From Cyanophyceae cyanobacterium (GTDB lineage: Bacteria > Cyanobacteriota > Cyanobacteriia > Cyanobacteriales > JBHJGN01), in NCBI GenBank assembly GCA_050331735.1, contig JBHJGN010000044.1, forward strand, positions 1 through 64,000: a stretch of 64,000 nucleotides of DNA, written 5' to 3'. Each line of letters starts with the position of its first letter. Positions within the stretch are counted from its first letter, which is position 1. The translations under genes were made by a program, and so were the position numbers. Shown here one piece after another: positions 49,632-62,450 of the stretch. The notes below the pieces were generated by a model. It did no database searches. It was given only the letters and a program-made list of their open reading frames with translations, and had not been told where the DNA came from.

Positions 49632-50045
49632 ATGAAAAATAAACATCAAAAACACATTCACTACAACATTATGGAATGGCTGGTCCTTCAGGAAGTAAAT
49701 CAGCAACTGACAGCTTATCCAGCAACGCTGAGGCGGTATATTAACCGAGTAGAAGTTGTGTCCTTTGCTCTTAATCATTTGCCTTCCCTTTATGCTTCAT
49801 CTCAACGAGGTTTCGAGCAGCAGCAGCAACGAGGCTACCAGTTACAATCTCAGATTCAAACAGCCGTACAGCGAGGTTTTGCGGCGGTTCAAAGAGATCC
49901 CCTCAGAAAATCTACTCCTTTAACCACTCAAGCTGTAGCATCGGCAACTCTCCCAGACGGGCGTAATTCACAGGTAGCTACCCATCAAGGATTGAAGGAC
50001 CGCAGGCAAGCATTCGACTGGAACGACGCACGCTACTGCCGATAG
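49632..50045 (+). CDS. ComFB (late competence development) family protein
   Basis: NIMEWLV, EVVSFALNHLPSLYASS..G, AVQRDPLR. Confidence 0.85.
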   Translation: MKNKHQKHIHYNIMEWLVLQEVNQQLTAYPATLRRYINRVEVVSFALNHLPSLYASSQRGFEQQQQRGYQLQSQIQTAVQRGFAAVQRDPLRKSTPLTTQAVASATLPDGRNSQVATHQGLKDRRQAFDWNDARYCR

Positions 50046-50123
50046 AACAGGGGCGTTGCTGAATCAGATCCGACTGGAGTTGATTGTTGGCGGTCGGTAG
50101 CAATCCATCGATTTCGAGCAGAT

Positions 50124-51041
50124 TTAGTTAAGGCAGTATTGCTTATAAACGACTCTTGCTGCCCGATGCAGTAGTGAATGCCGATAGACTAGAGCCTGGA
50201 AGTCTTTAGCATAACCGCCACCAATCACGCTGGCCACTGGATAGCCAGCAGCCAAACAGGTACTTAAAACCTGCATCTCACGACGGTAGATCCCCGTATC
50301 GGTGAGCGCTAGTTTGCCGAGGCGATCGCCAACATGAGTATCAACACCAGCGTCGTAGAGAACTAAATCCGGTTTAACCTGCACGAGCAGATCGCCCAGG
50401 TACTCAGCCAAAATCTGCAAATAGCCATCGTCATCCAGTCCGACTGGCAGCGGCACATCCAGATCACTCGTCTGTTTCTTCCCGGGGAAATTCGCCTCGC
50501 AGTGCATTGAGAAGGTAAATACGCTCTTGTCGTCTTGAAAAATCCAGGCAGTGCCGTCACCTTGATGAACGTCTAAATCCACAATCAGGATTTTTTGCAC
50601 CCAGCCCAGTTTTTGAAGAACGCGGGCGGCGATCGCCAAATCGTTGAAAATGCAAAACCCCGATCCAAAGCTAGGAAAAGCATGGTGGGTTCCTCCTGCC
50701 GTATTGCAGGCACACCCATGCCGCAGCGCTAGCTGACTAGCGAGAATCGTTCCTCCCACAGCCGTACAGGTACGAGTCACCAGTTCCCGACTCCAGGGTA
50801 ACCCAATGCGCCGTTGTGCTTTCGGGTCGAGGGTGCCTTCGCAGTAAGCCTGAACGTACTCTGAGGTGTGAACGAGTTCAATCATTTCTCTAGAGGGTTT
50901 TTCAGGAACGTGAATTTGTGGCGGCTCAATCACACCGTCTCTCAGCAGCAAGTCCCGCAGATGTTTAAACTTAGGCATGGGAAAACGATGACCTTCCGGC
51001 AGAGGGACAACGTAATCTGGGTGGTAAATAATCGGTAACAT
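50124..51041 (-). CDS. Histone deacetylase family protein
   Basis: HRFPMPK, GGTHHA, GFCIFND, DLDVHQGDG, GGGY. Confidence 0.93.
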   Translation of the reverse strand: MLPIIYHPDYVVPLPEGHRFPMPKFKHLRDLLLRDGVIEPPQIHVPEKPSREMIELVHTSEYVQAYCEGTLDPKAQRRIGLPWSRELVTRTCTAVGGTILASQLALRHGCACNTAGGTHHAFPSFGSGFCIFNDLAIAARVLQKLGWVQKILIVDLDVHQGDGTAWIFQDDKSVFTFSMHCEANFPGKKQTSDLDVPLPVGLDDDGYLQILAEYLGDLLVQVKPDLVLYDAGVDTHVGDRLGKLALTDTGIYRREMQVLSTCLAAGYPVASVIGGGYAKDFQALVYRHSLLHRAARVVYKQYCLN

Positions 51042-51192
51042 CTACAAGCTTTGCTGATCAGATAGTCAACTTCTGCACAGGAGCACAATGGAGCCATCGG
51101 AAGCTCAGTAGATTGTGCTTAATGCTTTAGAAACAGTCGTAGACTAGGGATGTGTTCCTTTCCCCCTTCCCCTTTCCCCGTCGCGGAGAGAC

Positions 51193-53829
<2,637 letters not shown>

Positions 53830-53958
53830 GCATCAACCGAAATTAGCCTCATACAAGACAAAGTAAAAGGGCGATTTCACTGCTTCGCTTCATAAACTAA
53901 GATTCACTATAAATTTTACTCGTAAAAACAAACGCTCTGCGTCAATCGCTAATCCCTG

Positions 53959-54426
53959 CTAGGGTTTACCAACGTTGGGGGAACAATTTAGCTGCTGAAA
54001 TTCGCGCTCTAGTAAAGTCACTAAACTATTTTTTTGATTTCTTTTAGCTACCTGTAAACGACGTTCTAAGTTACGTCGAATGGTATCTAAGTGAATTTGA
54101 GCTAGCTCAACGCAGCACTCGGAGCGCCAGTTGTTTCGCGGAGGTTGCCTCTGCGAAAGTTTGGCACAACGATTGCCAAGTGACCGTTGAGTAACTTGTG
54201 AACTCTCTTGCCCTCCTAATACTGGACAGAGTTCCTGCCCAAAGGCACACTCTTTTCGCGTTGATGAGCGGAGGACTCGGTTTTGCCGATGAGACCGAGG
54301 CAAACTGTAGGGAGTATGTCTAGGATATTGATAGGTTCGATCTCCTAGACGAGAGCCAATATCAACTTCGCTCTCAATTCCGAGGTTGAGTGGTTCGGTG
54401 TTGTAGATGCTGTAGTTGGTCTTCAT
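53959..54426 (-). CDS. Hypothetical protein with PirA-like C-terminal helix hairpin
   Basis: HLDTIRRNLERRLQVAKRNQKNSLVTLLERE resembles the PirA/DUF4278-tail motif. Confidence 0.6.
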   Translation of the reverse strand: MKTNYSIYNTEPLNLGIESEVDIGSRLGDRTYQYPRHTPYSLPRSHRQNRVLRSSTRKECAFGQELCPVLGGQESSQVTQRSLGNRCAKLSQRQPPRNNWRSECCVELAQIHLDTIRRNLERRLQVAKRNQKNSLVTLLEREFQQLNCSPNVGKP

Positions 54427-54435
54427 GAATAGTGG

Positions 54436-54618
54436 CTAGCGAGTATAGTGAATACCCCGGTAGGTTAGCTCAACAGGCTGATGGCGATGCTGCTGTCGTT
54501 TGACTACCCGATGAACTCTCCAAGGAGAACCGCGATAAATACCGCCAACTTCACCTTCTATTACTTTAATGTCAGCGGGGTGGTAATTATATTCAGCACC
54601 ATGAAATGACAGTTTCAT
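54436..54618 (-). CDS. DUF4278 domain small protein
   Basis: MKLSFHGAEY...GIYRGSPW...LTYRGIHY; GGAG RBS. Confidence 0.8.
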   Translation of the reverse strand: MKLSFHGAEYNYHPADIKVIEGEVGGIYRGSPWRVHRVVKRQQHRHQPVELTYRGIHYTR

Positions 54619-54711
54619 CTTTAGTCTCCAATCTCAAGTGGGTTTGTCGTTTGAATGGGTATTTACTGTTTTTGTATCAGCAGACCCGATAACATATATT
54701 TTTTTATATTC

Positions 54712-54727
54712 TGTATCAATTGTAACA
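54712..54727. promoter_or_regulatory. NtcA-like binding site
   Basis: TGTA-TCAATTGT-AACA, 1 mismatch to GTA-N8-TAC, upstream of the DUF4278/PirA-like genes. Confidence 0.5.
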
Positions 54728-54913
54728 GTTTTTTGGGTGACGACAACCTTAAAACTTGATTAAGTCTATCTATTGAAAGCAGCCAGCAGGATGATGGGGA
54801 ACCGCGAGAAAGTGACCTAATTAAGCTAAAAGTTGGTGGTGATCGCCCCATGACCGTCAAAACACCAAAGAGGCCCCGACCGCTTACCGCCAACATATTA
54901 CTAAGAGGAGACA

Positions 54914-55303
54914 TTGATGACAGTGAAGTATACCTATACTCGGCTTCAGGTCAATAACTATCAAGCCTGCAAAGAGTTCTATCGAGATGTAATGGGGTTT
55001 GCCGTCACCTTTGAAGGCGATCGCTACGCAGAACTAGAGACTGGACAAACGAAAATTACGCTGCTAGACCGAAAAAAATTGTCAGCAATTGTTGGGAGCG
55101 ATGTCGCCGCCTATGCAGACCAAGATGATCGTATCGCCCTGAGCTTTGACGTAACCAACCTAGATGAAACCTGCCAGCAGCTCAAAGCGAAAGGCGTAGA
55201 GTTCATTAATAATCCCTGGAGTTTTCCTGACTGGGGATACAAATCTACCTTTTTCCGCGATCCAGACCGAAACCTCATTGAGCTGACTCAGATGTTGACC
55301 TAG
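54914..55303 (+). CDS. VOC/glyoxalase family protein
   Basis: FYRDVMGF, PDWGYKSTFFRDPDRNLIEL. Confidence 0.9.
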   Translation: MMTVKYTYTRLQVNNYQACKEFYRDVMGFAVTFEGDRYAELETGQTKITLLDRKKLSAIVGSDVAAYADQDDRIALSFDVTNLDETCQQLKAKGVEFINNPWSFPDWGYKSTFFRDPDRNLIELTQMLT

Positions 55304-55518
55304 GTAACAGAACATTGGTGAGCAATCCATGAGGATAAGGTCGAACATTACGGGCAAGATATGACAGACAATCAGCGACGGGAAAGTTAAACTGTGACTG
55401 AAAAAATATTGCCGGAGACATTCTCTTTCAGCAATGATGCTCTCCTAACTTCGCTGAAGAAGTTATCGAGCTGTCGTAATGGCAATCAGCAAAACTTTTG
55501 AAGATTAAGAGCGCGAGC

Positions 55519-56694
55519 ATGCCTATTTCGTCTACTAACCCTCATCGCGTTGCCCTCTTTCGCCAGAACCTCATGGGCGGTGGAGCAGAAAAAGTAATTG
55601 TGACCCTGGCTCGCCATTTTGCCAAGGATGGTTTTGAGGTTGATCTGGTATTGAGTCGAGCCGAAGGCCCTTTATTAGAGACTGTGCCTCCACAAGTCAG
55701 AATTGTAGACCTGAAGGCTGCTCAAATCGCTCAAAAACGAGCCTTAAAGCTACCCACTAGCTTTCAATCAACCAGCAGCCTTCCTAAGCTGGTGCGCTAT
55801 CTCCAAAAAGAACGACCGACAGCCCTGCTATCGGCTAGTCATTACTCTAATGAAGTGGCTATTCTGGCGAAACAGCTAGCCGGTATTCCGACTCGTGTTG
55901 TGGTCTCTGAACATATTGCTCTTTCAATACAGGCCAAGGGAGTCGAGCAAGTTTCCTCCCGGTTTGCCCCGCTGGCTGCTCGGCTACTCTATTCTCGGGC
56001 AGACGGCATTGTGGCTGTTTCTCAAGGAGTCGCCAAAGATTTGGCTCAGGTGGCCCATTTGAATACCAACCGCATTCAGGTAATTTATAACCCTGTGATT
56101 ACTTCAGAGCTAGCGGAAAAAGCGAAACAGCCTGTAGAACATCCTTGGTTTGCGCCTGACAATCCCCCAGTTGTTTTGGGCGTGGGAAGACTAGTAAAGC
56201 AGAAAGATTTTTCTAACCTCATTAGAGCGTTTGCTCAAGTACGGCAGTTCCGTGAGGCTCGACTCGTTATTTTGGGAAGCGGGCGAGAGCAAAATCGTCT
56301 CAAGGCCTTGGTCAAAGAGCTGAATTTGGAAGATGAGGTTGCTTTGCTAGGCTTTGTTAAAAATCCTTATGCCTATATGGCTCGCGCTGGCGTTTTCGTG
56401 TTGTCTTCAGGCTGGGAAGGCTTACCCACCGTTCTAATCGAAGCCATGGCTGTCGGAACCCCGGTCGTGTCTACTAATTGTCCCAGCGGACCGGAGGAAA
56501 TTCTCAATAACGGACAGTACGGTGAGTTAGTGCCAATAGCGAACAGTCGAGCCCTTGCTGAAGCCATTGTGCAGGTTTTGTCAGGAAAGACAAAGAGTGT
56601 TGACGTCGCTTGGCTTGAGCAGTTTACGCTTGAAACAGCGCTCCAGAAATACCAGCAGGTTTTAAACCTATCGCTTTCTGAATGCGTAAACTAG
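55519..56694 (+). CDS. Glycosyltransferase family 4
   Basis: GGGAEK, VGRLVKQKDF, EGLPTVLIEAMAVGTPVVS. Confidence 0.92.
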   Translation: MPISSTNPHRVALFRQNLMGGGAEKVIVTLARHFAKDGFEVDLVLSRAEGPLLETVPPQVRIVDLKAAQIAQKRALKLPTSFQSTSSLPKLVRYLQKERPTALLSASHYSNEVAILAKQLAGIPTRVVVSEHIALSIQAKGVEQVSSRFAPLAARLLYSRADGIVAVSQGVAKDLAQVAHLNTNRIQVIYNPVITSELAEKAKQPVEHPWFAPDNPPVVLGVGRLVKQKDFSNLIRAFAQVRQFREARLVILGSGREQNRLKALVKELNLEDEVALLGFVKNPYAYMARAGVFVLSSGWEGLPTVLIEAMAVGTPVVSTNCPSGPEEILNNGQYGELVPIANSRALAEAIVQVLSGKTKSVDVAWLEQFTLETALQKYQQVLNLSLSECVN

Positions 56695-56829
56695 AACAAC
56701 ACTTCTATCGGTTTGGTGCCCAGATGGCTTTTAATCTCCACAGTTTTGCTGGTGGCAAAATTAATGTTAACGTCACAAAAGTTTTCTGCCAGCCGAGTGA
56801 CAAGCTGATTCTCTGTGGATAACTAATTT

Positions 56830-57930
56830 ATGACTTCACCCCGCATTGCCTTTTACCTCCGCGCTCTTCTCCAAACGGGAATTGAGAGAAATCAGCTCAA
56901 CCTAGCTCAAAGCTTGGTCCAGAATGGCATCGCAGTTGATTTCGTTCTCAATACTCTTGCCGACAAAGCTCGCCATCGTTTTCCTTCTGGAGTACGCATT
57001 GTCGATCTCAAAGCGCCTAGGTTACCAGCGGGTCTTCCCTTGCTGGTGCGTTATCTGCGCCAAGAACAACCGCTAGCGATGATTTCAGCTCAGCATTTAA
57101 CCAACGAAGCCGCCGTTCTGGCACATCGTTTAGCCGGAGTCTCGACAAAATTGATTGTGTCGGAACATAATCATGTTTCGGCGGAATGGCGCGGTAAACA
57201 GAAACTGACAGAGCGGTTGACTCCCTTGTTTGTGCGGATACTATACCCGTGGGCAGATGGCATTGTGGCGGTTTCTCAAGGTGTGGCTCAAGATTTAGCA
57301 GCAGTGACTCGCCTACCGAGGCAGTCTATTGAGGTTATTTACAATTCTGTCGTCACTCCCAAGGTCTTTGAACAGGCCAAAGAGCCCGTCGAACATACCT
57401 GGTTCGGCGCAGGAGAGCCGCCAGTGATTTTAGGAGTCGGTAGACTACACCCACAGAAAGATTTTCCCACGTTAATCCGCGCTTTTGCTCGAGTGCGACG
57501 CGAACAACCAGCTCGATTAGTCATTCTCGGCGGAGGACCAGAACGGCAAAGATTGCAGGCGTTAGTGCGCGAGTTAGCTCTAGAAGAGGATGTCGCTCTG
57601 CTGGGTTTTGTTCCTAATCCGTTTGCTTATATGGCTCGTGCTGCCGTATTTGTTTTATCTTCTGCGTGGGAGGGATTTGGTAATGTGATTGCCGAAGCGA
57701 TGGCGGTAGGAACTCCAGTCGTTTCAACCGACTGCCCTTCGGGTCCGGCTGAGATTCTCGACAATGGTCAGTACGGACATTTAGTGCCTGTGGGGAATAG
57801 CGAGGCTCTTTCTCAAGCCGTGTTGGCGGTATTAGCTGGCGACTACAAAACGGTTCCTCCTGGTTGGCTAGACCAGTTTACCCCGGAAGTTGTTGTCCAA
57901 AAATATCAACAGCTTCTCGGTCTTGCTTAA
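56830..57930 (+). CDS. Glycosyltransferase family 4 (tandem paralog)
   Basis: VGRLHPQKDF, EGFGNVIAEAMAVGTPVVS. Confidence 0.92.
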   Translation: MTSPRIAFYLRALLQTGIERNQLNLAQSLVQNGIAVDFVLNTLADKARHRFPSGVRIVDLKAPRLPAGLPLLVRYLRQEQPLAMISAQHLTNEAAVLAHRLAGVSTKLIVSEHNHVSAEWRGKQKLTERLTPLFVRILYPWADGIVAVSQGVAQDLAAVTRLPRQSIEVIYNSVVTPKVFEQAKEPVEHTWFGAGEPPVILGVGRLHPQKDFPTLIRAFARVRREQPARLVILGGGPERQRLQALVRELALEEDVALLGFVPNPFAYMARAAVFVLSSAWEGFGNVIAEAMAVGTPVVSTDCPSGPAEILDNGQYGHLVPVGNSEALSQAVLAVLAGDYKTVPPGWLDQFTPEVVVQKYQQLLGLA

Positions 57931-58057
57931 CAAAATTAATTGTGCCGGTTCACTCTGTTGAGAAGTTAAACCCACTCATCTCCAGCAACGAACAAAAATA
58001 GCTTAATTTGGGTATCAAGGAACAACAAATCAGTTTGAGCACTCCAGGAATCAGGAC

Positions 58058-58870
58058 ATGCTAAACAATCACCATACATCTCAAAGCCTGAATATAGAGA
58101 CGGATTTAGCGCTGCTGTTGACGGCAAGCATCGATATTAAGGGCATGCCGAGGGCGACTCCTACCGTTCCTGAACAACGGCAGGAAGATTACTTCAACGC
58201 GTTATCCTACTACGTCAACAATCATCCCCAAGTTCGCAAGATTATCTTTGTGGAAAACTCCGGTTGGAATCTAGACCGAGTGAAGGAGGCCACTCGAGAA
58301 AATCCTCACAATAAGGAAGTCGACTTTGTTTCGCTAGACTGCAACGACTTTCCCCGCGAGTACGGCAAAGGCTATGGAGAATGTTTACTGATCGATAAAG
58401 GTATTGCTGCCTCTGAACTAGCGCAAAGCGTGAACTACATTGCTAAAATTACGGGGCGCATTTATTTACTGAACCTGACGCAGCTCCTGCGCAGCGTCAG
58501 AGACCCCTACGATTGTTACTGTGACTATAAAGACCACGGCTGGCGCATCCGAAGACTATGGGGAGAAACGGGCGTTGGCCCCCACTGCGATACGCGCTTT
58601 TTAGTATTTAGTCTTGACTTTTACCGTCAACATCTGCAAAAGCTTCATCGACAGCATCCAGGAGGAGGTTTTTGTATAGAAGCCGAGGTTTACAACGCGA
58701 TGAAGGAAGCCGAGGCCCAAGAAAAAATTATTTCTCGTTTTCCTCTCGAACCAGACTATCGCGGCGTTGCGGGTCATTTTCAGGGCAAAGACTACGACAG
58801 TCCGAAAGAACGAGCGAAATTTGTTGTGCGCTCCTGGTCTCGCCGCGTCGTTCCTTGGGCACATCTTTAA
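58058..58870 (+). CDS. Hypothetical protein, possible GT-A-like glycan-modifying enzyme
   Basis: LLTASI, IFVENSG, GKGYGE, KITGRIY; follows two GT4 genes. Confidence 0.6.
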   Translation: MLNNHHTSQSLNIETDLALLLTASIDIKGMPRATPTVPEQRQEDYFNALSYYVNNHPQVRKIIFVENSGWNLDRVKEATRENPHNKEVDFVSLDCNDFPREYGKGYGECLLIDKGIAASELAQSVNYIAKITGRIYLLNLTQLLRSVRDPYDCYCDYKDHGWRIRRLWGETGVGPHCDTRFLVFSLDFYRQHLQKLHRQHPGGGFCIEAEVYNAMKEAEAQEKIISRFPLEPDYRGVAGHFQGKDYDSPKERAKFVVRSWSRRVVPWAHL

Positions 58871-58984
58871 CAGTGACTAGTTATTGATGGATCGTGCTGA
58901 GTGTTCAGTGATCATGCTTAGTTGGTGACCAGTTACCAGTCTAGTTAATTAACCGACAGGTTGCTCTGGTCACTGGTCACTGTT
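58871..58984. repeat. Degenerate 7-mer short tandem repeats (CAGTGAC/GTCACTG type, STRR-like)
   Basis: cagtgac, cagtgat, ggtgaccagttaccag, ctggtcactggtcactg; similar units at 60673-60762. Confidence 0.5.
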
Positions 58985-59035
58985 GAATGTGGTAGGCTAT
59001 CTTCTCAAGGAACGAGTGAGGGAGAAAGAGTGGTA

Positions 59036-60097
59036 ATGCGGGTTGGTTTGCTGTTTGGCGGTTGTTCAGGGGAACATGAAGTTTCGCTGAGCTCGGCACG
59101 GGCGATCGCCGATGCTTTAGAGTCAGAGGAGAATCGAGCAAATTATGCAGTTCTGCCTGTCTATATTCAGAAGAACGGGGTTTGGCAAACTGGGGAAGTG
59201 GCCCAGCAGGTTTTAGAATCCGCTCAGGCTCTCAAACCGGGTGCTGAACGCTCCCGTGGCTTTTCGCAGTTGAGCTTAGCTCAGCAGCAAAGCCTGTCGG
59301 AAATCGAAGTCTGGTTTCCGGTCCTTCACGGACCTAATGGCGAGGATGGAACGGTTCAGGGAATGCTAAAGCTAATGCAGATTCCCTTTGTTGGCTCGGG
59401 CGTGTTAGGCTCTGCCCTAGGGATGGATAAGATTGCCATGAAGATGGCTTTTGCTCAGGCCGGACTGCCGCAGGTCCAATACGCAATCGTTCATCGCTCT
59501 CAGGTCTGGTCGAGTCCGTGCGAATTTCCTAAACTCTGCGATCGCCTCGAAGAATTAGGCTATCCTTGCTTTGTTAAACCGGCCAATTTAGGATCGTCGG
59601 TGGGCATTGCTAAAGTGCGCAACCGCCGCGAACTCGAAGCCGCTCTCGACAACGTAGCCAGTTACGACCGCCGTATCATTGTTGAAGCGGGAGTCGAGGC
59701 GCGAGAAGTCGAATGTGCTGTGCTGGGCAACGAGCGGCCAGAAACGTCTGTCGTCGGAGAAATCACCTACAGCAGCGATTTCTACGACTACGAAACCAAA
59801 TATACCCCAGGACAAGCACAGCTTCATATTCCGGCGGAGCTTCCCGATGCCGTTGCTGCTCGAATTCAGTTGATGTCTCTTGAGGCTTTTGCAGCGATTG
59901 ATGCAGCGGGGTTGGCACGGGTAGATTTCTTTTACGTAGAAGCCACCGGAGACGTATTAATCAACGAAATCAATACGTTTCCTGGTTTTACCGCTACCAG
60001 CATGTATCCGCGGCTTTGGAAAGCGAAGGGCGTATCCTTTCCCCAGTTAGTCGATCGGCTTGTGCAGCTAGCCTTGGAGCGTCATCAGGAAGGTTGA
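59036..60097 (+). CDS. ddl: D-alanine--D-alanine ligase
   Basis: [44 protein letters not shown]. Confidence 0.96.
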   Translation: MRVGLLFGGCSGEHEVSLSSARAIADALESEENRANYAVLPVYIQKNGVWQTGEVAQQVLESAQALKPGAERSRGFSQLSLAQQQSLSEIEVWFPVLHGPNGEDGTVQGMLKLMQIPFVGSGVLGSALGMDKIAMKMAFAQAGLPQVQYAIVHRSQVWSSPCEFPKLCDRLEELGYPCFVKPANLGSSVGIAKVRNRRELEAALDNVASYDRRIIVEAGVEAREVECAVLGNERPETSVVGEITYSSDFYDYETKYTPGQAQLHIPAELPDAVAARIQLMSLEAFAAIDAAGLARVDFFYVEATGDVLINEINTFPGFTATSMYPRLWKAKGVSFPQLVDRLVQLALERHQEG

Positions 60098-60213
60098 TTG
60101 TGACTCGACTGCCACTACGTCCGTGGCTCCTGCAAGCGCTGCGATCGCCGATAAAGTGGAAGAGAATTTGAGGTAATCTTTACTGTGGTAAACGCCAACA
60201 ACATAAGGAGACA

Positions 60214-60666
60214 ATGGTGGAACGAACATTTATCATGATCAAGCCCGATGGTGTCCAGCGAAGATTAGTGGGCGAAGTGATTCAACGACTCGAAGCTAAG
60301 GGGTTTACGCTGGTAGGACTCAAGCTGATGCAGGTTTCTCGAGAACTGGCCGAGAAACACTACGACGTTCATAAAGATAAACCCTTCTTTTCTGGGCTGG
60401 TCGAATTTATTATTTCTGCGCCCGTTGTCGCTACGGTGTGGGAAGGAGAAGGAGTGATTGCAGCCGCTCGAAAAATTATTGGCGCGACTAATCCCCTTAA
60501 TGCTGAACCCGGAACAATCAGGGGCGATTACGGAGTCAGCATCGGGCGGAATCTCATTCACGGCTCTGATGCTCCTGAAACAGCACAGCAAGAAATTGGA
60601 CTCTGGTTTCAAGAAGAAGAATTAGTTAGTTGGGAGCCAACGCTGAAGTCCTGGCTGTACGAGTAA
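60214..60666 (+). CDS. ndk: Nucleoside diphosphate kinase
   Basis: [26 protein letters not shown]. Confidence 0.97.
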   Translation: MVERTFIMIKPDGVQRRLVGEVIQRLEAKGFTLVGLKLMQVSRELAEKHYDVHKDKPFFSGLVEFIISAPVVATVWEGEGVIAAARKIIGATNPLNAEPGTIRGDYGVSIGRNLIHGSDAPETAQQEIGLWFQEEELVSWEPTLKSWLYE

Positions 60667-60761
60667 CACAGAACAGTAACCAGCGACTCAATAAACTAGA
60701 CTTGAGCGCTGGTTGCTAACTCAGCCCCCATTAGTGCCTGACAACTAGTCACTGGTCGCTG

Positions 60762-61457
60762 TTATCCCTCCTCTTCTTCTAGCGGCTTCGGCGTACGTTC
60801 AGAAAATCCCCAAATGAAGATGGCAACAATGGTGGCAGTCATAAACCATTCGGGTAGGTTCCATTCCGGGTTAACAACTCTGAATAACAAGCGGATGCCT
60901 ACTAGACCAACGGTAATAAAGCCGGCATCTTCTAGGTGAGTATATTCTTTGAGTAAGCGAATGAATAACCCGGCTAAAAATCTGAGCGTAATCACCCCAA
61001 CGGTTCCCCCTACGATAATCAGCCAGGTTTCATCAGCAACGGCAATCGCGGCTGTGACGCTGTCTAAGGAAAAGGCAAAATCGGTCAGGGCAATCATCGG
61101 AATAGCTTGCCATACCGAGGCAAAGGCAAGGCCGTGATGAACCTGCTTTTTTTCTTCTGGAGAGGCAAAGTAGTTAAATACTAACCACAGAAGATAGGCG
61201 GCTCCAATGAGCTCAAACTGCCAAAACTGAATCACCCAGGTAGCCGTCACGATCAGAGTAATCCGCAAGATGTAGGCAAATAAAAGGCCGAGATTGAGGG
61301 CGCGGCGCTGAAGTTTAGCGCTTTCTAATCCTTGAGCAATAGCGGCTAGGGCGATCGCATTGTCTGCTGACAATACTGCTTCTAATGCCACCAAAATTAA
61401 TAATACTCCCAAAGCTTCGGCACTAACGTTGACAGACAAATCAAGATGGTCTAGCAT
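60762..61457 (-). CDS. TerC family membrane protein
   Basis: LEAVLSADNA, DFAFSLDSV. Confidence 0.92.
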   Translation of the reverse strand: MLDHLDLSVNVSAEALGVLLILVALEAVLSADNAIALAAIAQGLESAKLQRRALNLGLLFAYILRITLIVTATWVIQFWQFELIGAAYLLWLVFNYFASPEEKKQVHHGLAFASVWQAIPMIALTDFAFSLDSVTAAIAVADETWLIIVGGTVGVITLRFLAGLFIRLLKEYTHLEDAGFITVGLVGIRLLFRVVNPEWNLPEWFMTATIVAIFIWGFSERTPKPLEEEEG

Positions 61458-61707
61458 TTATCGCGATTCAGAGCTGATACAGAGCGGATGGCAAGATTTT
61501 CCGCTCATCAATGTTTTCATATTCCAGCTTAGCGTTTAGTTGGGGTCGAAAGAACTGTTTTTTGTGTCCTGCTTCGCCTATAAAGGCTTGACGAGAAGAA
61601 ATCAGGAGTTTGAATATGTTGCAACTTGTAACAAGAGGCTTCGCAAACGGTCAGACATAGCGCAAGCTTAAAAATAATTGATATTTAACTTGGAGGAAAC
61701 TGTATTT

Positions 61708-61806
61708 ATGGAACTATCTAATACTCAAGTGTTGGTTGCTTTAGTAGTTGCCTTGATTCCCGGCATTTTAGCATTCCGGCTAGCGACGGAACTTTATAAG
61801 TCCTAA
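61708..61806 (+). CDS. psaM: Photosystem I reaction centre subunit XII (missing from ORF track)
   Basis: MELSNTQVLVALVVALIPGILAFRLATELYKS*, GGAGG RBS. Confidence 0.95.
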   Translation: MELSNTQVLVALVVALIPGILAFRLATELYKS

Positions 61807-61898
61807 TCAATTGGTCTGGCTACTTGCACATTCTGCTTTTTTGTGTTTAGAAAGAAGGCAACGCAAGAACATCGGGGCGTATCGTAATATGCCCCCTC

Positions 61899-62279
61899 TT
61901 GAGCATGACAGAAACCATGAATCAACCATCCTCCCGCCTTTCTAGACAGCGACATGGCTCTCGGCAGCCAGAGTCCTACCGCGCAGTTGCTGTTGAAACA
62001 ACGATCAAGATTTGTATTAATGGAGTGCTCTCAGCGGCAGCAATCTCCGCTCTCATGAAGCTATTGCCGTATCATCAAACTCAACAGGCCAAGCTCCAGG
62101 AAATCCACGGCGAACTAGACCAGGTTGAACAACGAGTCGATGCGCTCCGAAATAACTTTGGTCGTAATTTTGATCCTCACCAAACGAAGACGGTGATGAA
62201 AGAATACAGTCCGAGGATCGATCCCAACCAGCATCGAGTTTTTTTATTAGAAGAAACCCCAGAGGCACAGAGTGATTAA
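61899..62279 (+). CDS. Slr1601-like TM/coiled-coil protein (FtsL/DivIC-like)
   Basis: TM, LLPY, coiled coil, FGRNFDP; position after psaM. Confidence 0.7.
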   Translation: MSMTETMNQPSSRLSRQRHGSRQPESYRAVAVETTIKICINGVLSAAAISALMKLLPYHQTQQAKLQEIHGELDQVEQRVDALRNNFGRNFDPHQTKTVMKEYSPRIDPNQHRVFLLEETPEAQSD

Positions 62280-62450
62280 CGGGGAAAAGGAGAAGGGGGC
62301 AAGAGGAAAGGGCACAAGCGCTCTTCGTTGAGCTGAAATTCTTAAATCGGCCTGAAGTATAGGGACACGGTCGCTAGGGAGTCCACCGCTTCACTTTTTT
62401 CCCCTGCGCCGATTCGTCAGACAGTTAAGAAGATTGGGCAGAGAACGTGA

